Origin: a bacterium
Lineage (GTDB): Bacteria; Fidelibacterota; UBA8477; JABMPR01
Direction of reading: 5' to 3'
Assembly (NCBI GenBank): GCA_013202895.1
Contig: JABMPR010000293.1
Location: 1 to 15,567, forward strand
DNA length: 15,567 bases
Shown here: piece by piece, positions 7,701 to 14,290 of the stretch
Layout of the letters: every line of letters begins with the position of its first letter
How positions within the stretch are numbered: the stretch's first letter is position 1
Program-made: the position numbers and the translations under genes
Notes under the pieces: model-generated
Databases searched by the model: none
What the model saw: the letters and a program-made list of their open reading frames with translations, nothing else
What the model was told of the DNA's origin: nothing

Positions 7701-8671
7701 GGTTGACGGATACAAGTTTGGTTGCCGATGCAATGGCAGCGGTCACTGTTTACGATACGCCGACACCGGTGACCCGATCGTTTTACAATAGTGCCACAGG
7801 CTCAACCGGACATATTTCTTATGTGCTCCCTGGAAAACGCATATTTCGTGGATTAATATCTGTGAATGGTCGTGATTTTGGCGGTGAATTTACCATTCCC
7901 AAGGATATCAAATATTCTGGCGAAGGTGGTATTCTGCACGTCCAATACTGGGATGATACAGGTTTAGACGGTAGCGCATTTATCGATACGCTCACGTTTC
8001 TGGGTACTGATTCAACAGCGCTGGATGATACCGGACCGGAGATCGTCTTTATTTCAGAAAATATGGTATTACTCAATGGAGACCATTTCTCAGCAAATGA
8101 GGCTTTAGAGATCGAGATATGGGATGAGCAGGGTATTAATCTTACAGGCGCTGCCGGACATGGTATTACACTTGCCATAGATGAGGACTGGAGCAATGCG
8201 GTTGATGTTACCGAACTATTTGAATATGATTTAGACCATTCTGACCGGGGTCGTTTATTGGCATTTTTAACCGAGATTCTTCCAGGTGAACATCTGGTCT
8301 CAGTAAAAGCCTGGGATAGTCAGAACAATCCTGGTGAAGCCAGTGTTCGTTTGAATTTCTTTGCTGCCAATGATTTCCGCATTTATAATCTATTTAATTT
8401 TCCCAATCCTATGGTAAATGATACTGAGGTTACGTATATGCTCTCACATGCCGCTGATGTTGAATACTCCATTTATTCGCTCGCAGGCCGCAAAATAATT
8501 GGTGAAACAGTTGGGTTCCAGATTCAGGGGTTCAACTCCTTCCCCTGGGATGGGCGTGATAGATTTGGCAATCGATTGGCGAATGGAGTCTACATTTTGG
8601 TTGTTGAAGGTGGCAGTGATGAATTCAATGAAGCAGCGCAGAGTTTGCAGAAGCTGGTAATTGCACGCTAA
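4790..8671 (+). CDS. porU: PorU-like C25-family cysteine peptidase (type IX secretion sortase-like) with signal peptide and C-terminal FlgD-Ig/type A CTD-like domain
   Basis: About 1293 aa from ATG 4790 (MNRFCTLILLTSSLFAG, signal-peptide-like); the track start at 4739 is TTG. C25 core 'LLVNYLGHGSPNVWAQEEVF' (His codon 7235-7237) and 'PFWVAGTCDWAKYDDVSSSCVPEELMLMESNGAIGILSTTRKTFSSYN' (Cys codon 7337-7339). The C-terminus 'FNFPNPMVNDTEVTYMLSHAADVEYSIYSLAGRKI...FPWDGRDRFGNRLANGVYILVVEG' resembles FlgD-like/T9SS CTD sequences. Confidence 0.85.
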   Translation: MNRFCTLILLTSSLFAGDISVLEKDEHSITVRFTIPEPQLSSFEIGDRSVQLPRWSNAYEAYDSSNQTLAPFFTLPLILPPNGDIPEIQILASEFLRDGRLSKVKFQPQDLGPANRLPSIEAVEMINLKGAEDFRDYKTARIMVYPYFIAGQRLSSLTFRLDFPAYSGSELSQESDLIQGYLNADMAKNWAKTPASSLGRTASVWPQGQWFRFPINAMGIHRINVASFGDNLPETNPISWQVYAPYYEGQALPFSLSHTEPTPDNFKAISMQGSGLEDGVFSDDDEIIFFAQALNGDFKGDNFTHLFGKQRYYWICIPFDDSETANQIDFLPSYLGTHTETVRSYQKRLYHETDLHNQLHSGQSWVGEKLTGSSDQFYISFSDDYLDLSSEINLNVLFRIDYDVDNYQDILDVELNDIPFNVNQIKTVQNKKIILNGTAGENLMRDKSVGNNILKLDYSSNSPNSIIYLDSLRFSYDRQLAPSSEYLFGTVDLPGAINRLIFQDLSSGFQLWDISNPSNVVEWQIENNLYLHQGTGKHEIIGFNDDQLIDVILTETADQGNPQLRQAGRQADYIIITPEIFLDQAERIRELREELVPEAEQLTVEIVKINDIYDEFSAGTVDPAAIKHFLHYVYFSWDQSNRIRYVLFLGDTDYDYRNITGQSKMLIPTFQKDGISDISSYATDDKYTFIASGIWDALPDIAIGRYPAQRVDQLEIMIDKLISYELTPEPGIWRNTVTLVADDPLRPSKTVEYAHITDTESLAGIIPESMHVDKVYLTEYPEVQDPNSPYIKKPKARDEFLQKLFNGTLLVNYLGHGSPNVWAQEEVFTVSDLGLVKTNMRLPFWVAGTCDWAKYDDVSSSCVPEELMLMESNGAIGILSTTRKTFSSYNRILLLDFFDFLFPDNQASRSIPVGDAIMMAKNITAGSDPNNEKYVLFSDPALRLASPVRKGQIQSVTPSVLQAMGSVNFSGLTDTSLVADAMAAVTVYDTPTPVTRSFYNSATGSTGHISYVLPGKRIFRGLISVNGRDFGGEFTIPKDIKYSGEGGILHVQYWDDTGLDGSAFIDTLTFLGTDSTALDDTGPEIVFISENMVLLNGDHFSANEALEIEIWDEQGINLTGAAGHGITLAIDEDWSNAVDVTELFEYDLDHSDRGRLLAFLTEILPGEHLVSVKAWDSQNNPGEASVRLNFFAANDFRIYNLFNFPNPMVNDTEVTYMLSHAADVEYSIYSLAGRKIIGETVGFQIQGFNSFPWDGRDRFGNRLANGVYILVVEGGSDEFNEAAQSLQKLVIAR

Positions 8672-9265
8672 ATGGAAAGTTTAAAGCTGATTCTGGGAAG
8701 CGGCTCCCCTAGAAGAAAAGAATTATTGAGTAAAATTGGCCTGCCCTTCGAAGTTTATCCCAGCTCTGTGATAGAACCGCCCTTTGACGAGGGTGATCCC
8801 ATAGATTATGCTATCCAATTGGCTGCTCTCAAAGCCAGTGATATTTCCGGCAAATTCCCTGATGCTATTGTTGTAGGTGCAGATACTATCGTGTTGCTGG
8901 ATGATCAAGTCTTGGGTAAACCCCGTGATCCAGATCAGGCTCGATACATGCTTCAATTACTTTCTGCTCGTACCCATCATGTAATTACTGGCTACAGTAT
9001 ACAGCATAAAAACCTCAACATTCATCATGACACACATGTGCTTACAAAAGTGCATTTCAAAGTCTTAAGCGATGCTGAAATAAGTAGCTATGTTAATAAT
9101 GGTGATCCCTTCGATAAAGCTGGGGCATATGGTATTCAGGATTATTCAAGTATATTTGTCGATCACCTAGAGGGCTGTTTCTATAATGTTATGGGATTCC
9201 CCATTTCAAATTTTTATTCAACTCTAAACAGACTGCTGGATGAAAATAATCTTACCATAAGGTGA
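8672..9265 (+). CDS. maf: Maf-like nucleoside triphosphate pyrophosphatase
   Basis: 197 aa: 'LILGSGSPRRKELLSKIGLPFEVYPS', 'VVGADTIVLLDDQVLGKPRDPDQARYMLQLLSARTHHVITGY', 'DKAGAYGIQDYSSIFVDHLEGCFYNVMGFPI'. The ATG directly abuts the upstream TAA. Confidence 0.95.
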   Translation: MESLKLILGSGSPRRKELLSKIGLPFEVYPSSVIEPPFDEGDPIDYAIQLAALKASDISGKFPDAIVVGADTIVLLDDQVLGKPRDPDQARYMLQLLSARTHHVITGYSIQHKNLNIHHDTHVLTKVHFKVLSDAEISSYVNNGDPFDKAGAYGIQDYSSIFVDHLEGCFYNVMGFPISNFYSTLNRLLDENNLTIR

Positions 9266-9392
9266 GAATTCGGATAAAATCTAATATACCAGATACTCAG
9301 AATTGAATAAAAGGTTTGCAGGACACCTCTGGGGGCTTGATTTACACAGAAAAATACTTAAACTCAGCAGCTATCAATGAAGAGGAGCTGCC

Positions 9393-10187
9393 GTGGCATT
9401 TCATGAAGATTTAAGAAACTATCGCCTCAAAAAGGGACTCATTCTGGAGGAGATCTCCGAAGATACTAAAATCAACATCCGGATCCTCCAAGCCCTTGAA
9501 CAAGGCGATTATCATATCCTGCCAGTTCCCTATGTTCGACTATTTATGAAAGCCTATGCCCAGTCAATCGATTATCCTGTTGAGGATATTTTACGTGGCT
9601 TGGAAAATGAACTCAAGCTTACGGGTGAGCAGGGAGCCTTAAATCAGATCCAATCTGATTCAGTTGCTTCAATGGATATGACCGGAGCCACTTTTTCAGG
9701 GGCACAGAATCTTTTTCAGGGGGAGAAGACAACTCAAAGCAATATTCCCCGGCTCTTGGGTGGTATAGTGATCTTGGTCGTCGTTATCATTTTTGGCAAA
9801 AGTTTACTCAAACCGGAAACACCTAGGAATTTGGTTTCACAAGGGCATTTGCTCCCGTCCATGAATATCAGTCAAACACTGGAGTCAGTGTCCATTTCAG
9901 ACTCCGCACTGGCAGCACACTCTGATAGCCTAACTATTACTTCTGTTGATTTTTTGTCCATCATTCGCCAGGACGGATTGACGAACGTGGATACCATCTA
10001 CCAGGAACCTGGTAAAAACTATTCTCTGATTCTCAGCGATTCAACACAGCTTAAATTATACCCCGGCGATGCAGCCCTCATTTCAATCAGTCAGGATACC
10101 ATTCCTGGATCACCTTTTAGTAATTCCTGGTTAGTAATCTCAACCGATTCCAAAGGAAGTCGCTTAAACACATATCCTACGCTCTAA
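9393..10187 (+). CDS. rodZ: RodZ-like protein: N-terminal cytoplasmic HTH, single TM, extracytoplasmic C-terminal domain
   Basis: GTG start with GAGGAG SD (9382-9387). HTH_25-like 'FHEDLRNYRLKKGLILEEISEDTKINIRILQALEQGDYHILPVPYVRLFMKAYAQSIDYPVEDIL', TM 'LLGGIVILVVVIIFGKSLL', and a periplasmic 'YSLILSDSTQLKLYPGDAALISI' region. Confidence 0.78.
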   Translation: MAFHEDLRNYRLKKGLILEEISEDTKINIRILQALEQGDYHILPVPYVRLFMKAYAQSIDYPVEDILRGLENELKLTGEQGALNQIQSDSVASMDMTGATFSGAQNLFQGEKTTQSNIPRLLGGIVILVVVIIFGKSLLKPETPRNLVSQGHLLPSMNISQTLESVSISDSALAAHSDSLTITSVDFLSIIRQDGLTNVDTIYQEPGKNYSLILSDSTQLKLYPGDAALISISQDTIPGSPFSNSWLVISTDSKGSRLNTYPTL

Positions 10188-10434
10188 GCGCAAGATCTGG
10201 ATACCTGCTTCAATTATTCAAAATCTTATGGGACTGCTACCCACGGGCATCATTCAAAGCATAAAAGCTCTTAAAAATATTTAGTCATATAGGCTCTCCC
10301 GGAAAACTCTAGTATAAGACCACTTCTATAAAATAAGTTCTGCTATGCCTCCCAGGGTGTAGCTATCCTCATTATTTTGAGAATACATCGGATTTGTCTT
10401 CTGTCCAAACCAGTATTGAATACAGCAGTCCCGG

Positions 10435-10452
10435 TCCAGACGATTCTCTGGA
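10435..10452 (+). repeat. Perfect 6-bp inverted repeat (TCCAGA-CGATTC-TCTGGA)
   Basis: TCCAGA at 10435-10440 and TCTGGA at 10447-10452 are reverse complements. Flanking G-U pairs (10433-10434 with 10453-10454) could extend the RNA stem to 8 bp. No T-run follows. Confidence 0.4.
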
Positions 10453-10553
10453 TTTGTCCATCTCATCAATAATTTAATCATTTAAATCTAAAAACTACTC
10501 TTAGGGGAAACCCCGCAAGCGACCTGATTGTCACATAATTTTACATTTTGTTC

Positions 10554-10611
10554 TTGCTCGGTGGGTAAATTTCCCTATTTTGGAACAATAGTGGGTAATT
10601 ATCCCTATAAT
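10554..10611 (+). promoter_or_regulatory. mraZ promoter region with putative MraZ-box repeats
   Basis: Two near-identical elements, GTGGGTAAATTTCCCTA (10561-10577) and GTGGGTAATTATCCCTA (10591-10607), 30 bp apart. A consensus TATAAT at 10606-10611 overlaps the second element. They contain TGGGT cores like the TGGGN repeats described for MraZ autoregulation. Confidence 0.65.
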
Positions 10612-10628
10612 TAAAGCTGAAACGGGAA

Positions 10629-11090
10629 ATGGGAACACAAACATTTACAGGCGAGTTTCGTTATTCAATCGATTTAAAGGGTCGATTGAATATTCCTGCG
10701 AAATTCAGAAAAGCGCTACCGGAGTCCAGTGAGGACACATTTGTAGTGATTCGCGGCCTTGATGAAAATATCGTGGCTTACTCTCTGGATAAATGGCGGC
10801 AAAGAGAAGAGGATTTGCTGAAGCTCTCTTCCATCAAGCCTGAGCATCGTAATTTCAAACGCCAGGCGACACGTTTTGCCACCCCTCTCAAATTTGATAG
10901 CCAGGGTCGTGTAGCGATTCCTGCCAATCTCCTGAAATATGCAGGGATTGATAAAGACGTCGTGATTATTGGGATGATCGACGAAATCGAAATTTGGGAT
11001 CCGGCTGTATTAGAACGCTATGAGGAAACTGAGTTCCAACTTGATGCTGAGGATATTGAAGCCATTGATAATTATACTAGATCGTCGTGA
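10629..11090 (+). CDS. mraZ: Transcriptional regulator MraZ
   Basis: 153 aa with two AbrB/SpoVT-like repeats: 'FTGEFRYSIDLKGRLNIPAKFRKAL' and 'RFATPLKFDSQGRVAIPANLLKYAGIDKDVVIIGMIDEIEIWDP'. Confidence 0.96.
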   Translation: MGTQTFTGEFRYSIDLKGRLNIPAKFRKALPESSEDTFVVIRGLDENIVAYSLDKWRQREEDLLKLSSIKPEHRNFKRQATRFATPLKFDSQGRVAIPANLLKYAGIDKDVVIIGMIDEIEIWDPAVLERYEETEFQLDAEDIEAIDNYTRSS

Positions 11091-12037
11091 CCACTGCAGA
11101 CCGGCTGCAATTTCGTCATACACCAGTAATGGTGAACGAAGTTTGCGCTCTGCTGATCAACAATCGTTCTGGAGTATATGTAGATGGCACCTTTGGACTC
11201 GGCGGACATTCAAAAGCTCTCTCCTCCCAGCTAAATTCTGATGCGACCCTGATCGGTATCGATCAGGATGATACCACACTCGCTCAATTCTCTCCTTCCT
11301 TAGTCCAGCAAAACTTGCACCTCGTGTGCACGAATTTTGAGAATTTGGATCAGGTACTTAGTGACCTGAACATCCCACAAGTCCATGGGATTCTATTAGA
11401 TCTGGGTTTGAATTCTTTTTCACTCGATGACCCGGAACGTGGATTCGCTTTTAGCCTTCAAGGACCCCTGGACATGCGTTTTGACAGATCGAATGAGATA
11501 AGTGCCGAAACTGTGCTAAATAGCTATTCACAGGAAAAATTGGCAGAGATTATTTATCGATATGGCGAAGAAAGGAACAGTCGCAGGATTGCTCGTAGGA
11601 TTGTGGAAATGAGAACAGAGAAGAGACTCACTCAAACTGATGAACTTAAGCTAGCGGTTATAAAAAGCATAGGACCGCGTTTTCAAAATAAATCTTTAGC
11701 ACGTGTGTTTCAGGCCATTCGGATCGAAGTCAATCGCGAGCTTGATGTGCTATCCATTATACTAAATACTGCTTTGCAGGTTCTTGCCCCCGCTGGACGC
11801 CTGGCGGTAATCAGTTACCACTCCCTGGAGGATCGTATAGTCAAGACTCACTTTCGCGAGCTGGCACTTGATATTCCCGAACAACCTGGTATGCGGAAGG
11901 ATGAGATTAAAATACCCCTTCTTAAAAGAATTACATCTAAGCCGGTAATCGCCTCTCAGTCAGAAATGCTTGCTAATCCCCGATCGCGCAGCGCAAAACT
12001 TCGCGTTGCTGAAAGGACTGAACATGCGATCAACTGA
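11087..12037 (+). CDS. rsmH: 16S rRNA (cytosine1402-N4)-methyltransferase RsmH (MraW)
   Basis: 316 aa with GTG start overlapping the mraZ stop (GTGA). 'FRHTPVMVNEV', 'YVDGTFGLGGHS', 'GILLDLGLNSFSLDDPERGFAFSLQGPLDMRFD', 'RVFQAIRIEVNRELDVL', 'VISYHSLEDRIVKTHFRE'. Confidence 0.96.
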   Translation: MTTADRLQFRHTPVMVNEVCALLINNRSGVYVDGTFGLGGHSKALSSQLNSDATLIGIDQDDTTLAQFSPSLVQQNLHLVCTNFENLDQVLSDLNIPQVHGILLDLGLNSFSLDDPERGFAFSLQGPLDMRFDRSNEISAETVLNSYSQEKLAEIIYRYGEERNSRRIARRIVEMRTEKRLTQTDELKLAVIKSIGPRFQNKSLARVFQAIRIEVNRELDVLSIILNTALQVLAPAGRLAVISYHSLEDRIVKTHFRELALDIPEQPGMRKDEIKIPLLKRITSKPVIASQSEMLANPRSRSAKLRVAERTEHAIN

Positions 12038-12323
12038 AACGATGCGTGAGATTTTGAAAACCATCGTTTATATCGGATTGGTTCCCGTTGTGGCAGGGCT
12101 CTTGTTCTTATATGTGTGGCTGGGAGAAGAGGTTAGAGCCAGCGCAATTGAACTGGAAAGCTTGAAAGCTCGAGAGATTAAGCTCCGGGGTGAATATAAT
12201 TTAGTTCAAAATGAGAGAAATCGCCTCCATAGACCAGATAATCTCTCCAAATTAGCTCGTGAAAAACTGGGCTTGATCCAGCCTGATCCCGAGACCCTTA
12301 AAATCCGGGTAACCCTTCCATGA
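12024..12323 (+). CDS. ftsL: FtsL/DivIC-like septum-formation protein
   Basis: 99 aa from ATG 12024 with upstream GAAAGG SD-like sequence; the track start at 11970 lies deep in rsmH. One TM (IVYIGLVPVVAGLLFLYVWL) plus a coiled-coil and 'NERNRLHRPDNLSKLAREKLGLIQPDPETLKI'. Its position between rsmH and ftsI supports the call. Confidence 0.8.
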   Translation: MRSTETMREILKTIVYIGLVPVVAGLLFLYVWLGEEVRASAIELESLKAREIKLRGEYNLVQNERNRLHRPDNLSKLAREKLGLIQPDPETLKIRVTLP

Positions 12324-14290
12324 GCATGACCTATAAAAAATTTCGCGGTCGCTATATCAGCGTAGTAATCACCTCAATTTTGATTTGGACGGTCATGGTA
12401 ATCCGTATGTTCTACATTCAGGTCATCGATGCTGAAAGTCTAGGATCTGCCATCGAGTCGCGCTTTGAAGCAAAGGTTACGATTGCACCTCTACGCGGCA
12501 ACTTTTATGATCGGAACGGGAAAAAACTTACAGATAATATCGAGCACTTTTCCTTTTCCGCCCGGCCGTCAGAAATTAAAGATAGAGACGCCATTGCGCG
12601 CCTATTTAGCAAAACTTTCAATAAATCTAAGGCTCACTATTTAAATAAATTAAACTCAAATAAATCATTTGTTTACCTCGAGCGAAACGTGAATCCCCTC
12701 ATGGGGAGAGAGTTGAGTCAAGGCCCTCTCCCAGTTGGTGTGCAGGTGGAAACAGATGTCCGACGTTACTACCCATATGGTAATATTGCTGCACCATTAA
12801 TAGGCTATGTCGGTACGGATAACCATGGCCTGTCTGGTTTGGAATCACACTATGATCACCAATTAGCAGGTATTGAGGGATGGAAGGAACTTGGGTCTGA
12901 CGGTCATGGCAACACCCGTATCCGTGGAGATTTCAAAGAGCAAAAACCTTTTAACGGTAACGATTGTTATCTCACGATTGATGTAGATATCCAGGTCATT
13001 ATAGAAGAAGAATTAAAATCAGCTGTTGAGCGTCACAATGCCGATAAAGCAATGGCGGTTCTTGTATCACCGAAAACAGGTGAGGTGATAGCCCTGGCGA
13101 ACTGGCCAGGTTTTAATCCAAATACAAGATCTGAAATAACACAAGCTGCCCTCACCTCCCACCCCATTATGTCTGCTTTCGAACCAGGTTCAACATTTAA
13201 GGTTATTGGCGCTACCGCCCTTTTGGAAGAAAGTCGTATCCAGCCCATGGATGTCATCTATTGTGAAGAAGGTGAGTTCCAGATACACGGTATTACAATA
13301 AAGGATTGGCGCTCCTTCGAAAATCTTACGTTTTCAGAAGTAATGCAAAATTCATCAAACATTGGTGTTATCAAGGCGATGGAATTACTGGATAATGCAA
13401 AATTCTTCTCCCAAGCCAGAAAATTCGGTTTTAGCGAAAAAAGTGGTGTCCAATTCCCCTATGAAAATCAAGGATCCTTAAAGAATAATAAATTTTGGTC
13501 ATCGGTTTCGAAATCAGAAATTTCTATTGGTTATGAGGTTGCGGTTACAACATTGCAATTAGCCATGGCCTATTCTGCAATCAGTAATGGCGGGGTCCTG
13601 CTGAAACCTCAACTGATTGAGAAATTTAGAACTCCTGCTGGATACGAACAAAAAGTTGATCAAATGGATGCGATTCGACGCGTGGCATCTGAAAGGACCA
13701 TGCGTACTGTTTCAGACATCCTTGAAAAAGCTGTTTCTCAAGGAACTGGGTTAAATGCCTTTCTCCCTGGTCTCAGGATTGCTGGAAAAACCGGCACTGC
13801 AAAAAAAATAAAAAATGGAGAATATGTGAGCGAATACATCGCGTCCTTTGCAAGTTTTTATCCAGCCCATGATCCAAAATATACGCTTATAGTTGTTGTA
13901 GATAAGCCGCGGAAAGGTGGCTACACCGGTGGTCTGGTCGCTGCTCCAGTCGCTAAAGAGATTTATCGCAGAATATACACCCTGCGGGGGCAGGATCCAG
14001 AGTCAGTCCAGGAATCTCATTCCGTTGCTTCACAAGATCAATATAATGCACCTACTCACTCGCTAAAAGGCAAGCTGCTTAGCTCATCTCTACCGGTTAT
14101 TAGAGCTAATGCCAATAATCTGACTATGCCTGATCTGTTAGGTATGAGTTTGAAAATGAGCCTTTACGGTCTTTACTCAATGGGCCTTAATCCAATAACT
14201 CAAGGTAGTGGTCGTGTTATCCGGCAAACTCCCGCCGCCGGTAAGCTTGTTGAGACGGGCCAAACCGTAGAGATATACCTCGGTGATTGA
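12320..14290 (+). CDS. ftsI: Class B penicillin-binding protein (FtsI/PBP2x-like transpeptidase) with C-terminal PASTA domain
   Basis: 656 aa starting at the ATGA overlap with ftsL. Catalytic 'EPGSTFKV' (Ser codon 13190-13192), 'SSN' in 'MQNSSNIGVIKAM', 'GKTGTAKK' (KTGT codons 13787-13798). PASTA 'MPDLLGMSLKMSLYGLYSMGLNPITQGSGRVIRQTPAAGKLVETGQTVEIYLGD' (14126-14287). Confidence 0.95.
   Translation: MSMTYKKFRGRYISVVITSILIWTVMVIRMFYIQVIDAESLGSAIESRFEAKVTIAPLRGNFYDRNGKKLTDNIEHFSFSARPSEIKDRDAIARLFSKTFNKSKAHYLNKLNSNKSFVYLERNVNPLMGRELSQGPLPVGVQVETDVRRYYPYGNIAAPLIGYVGTDNHGLSGLESHYDHQLAGIEGWKELGSDGHGNTRIRGDFKEQKPFNGNDCYLTIDVDIQVIIEEELKSAVERHNADKAMAVLVSPKTGEVIALANWPGFNPNTRSEITQAALTSHPIMSAFEPGSTFKVIGATALLEESRIQPMDVIYCEEGEFQIHGITIKDWRSFENLTFSEVMQNSSNIGVIKAMELLDNAKFFSQARKFGFSEKSGVQFPYENQGSLKNNKFWSSVSKSEISIGYEVAVTTLQLAMAYSAISNGGVLLKPQLIEKFRTPAGYEQKVDQMDAIRRVASERTMRTVSDILEKAVSQGTGLNAFLPGLRIAGKTGTAKKIKNGEYVSEYIASFASFYPAHDPKYTLIVVVDKPRKGGYTGGLVAAPVAKEIYRRIYTLRGQDPESVQESHSVASQDQYNAPTHSLKGKLLSSSLPVIRANANNLTMPDLLGMSLKMSLYGLYSMGLNPITQGSGRVIRQTPAAGKLVETGQTVEIYLGD

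Noticed and set aside
7819-8196. 125-aa minus-strand ORF
   Set aside because: Lies entirely within the porU-like coding sequence. The product is Ser/Pro-rich with no recognisable domain, and looks like a shadow of the sense codons.
10504-10514. GGGGAAACCCC as an intrinsic terminator
   Set aside because: The stem is only 4 bp and there is no following T-run.
10188-10628. Known structured RNA (RNase P RNA, SRP RNA, 6S) upstream of mraZ
   Set aside because: None of the conserved core strings I know for RNase P or SRP RNA appear by eye. A covariance-model search would be needed to exclude more divergent RNAs.
11020-11241. 73-aa plus-strand ORF across the mraZ/rsmH overlap
   Set aside because: Out of frame with both strongly supported genes.
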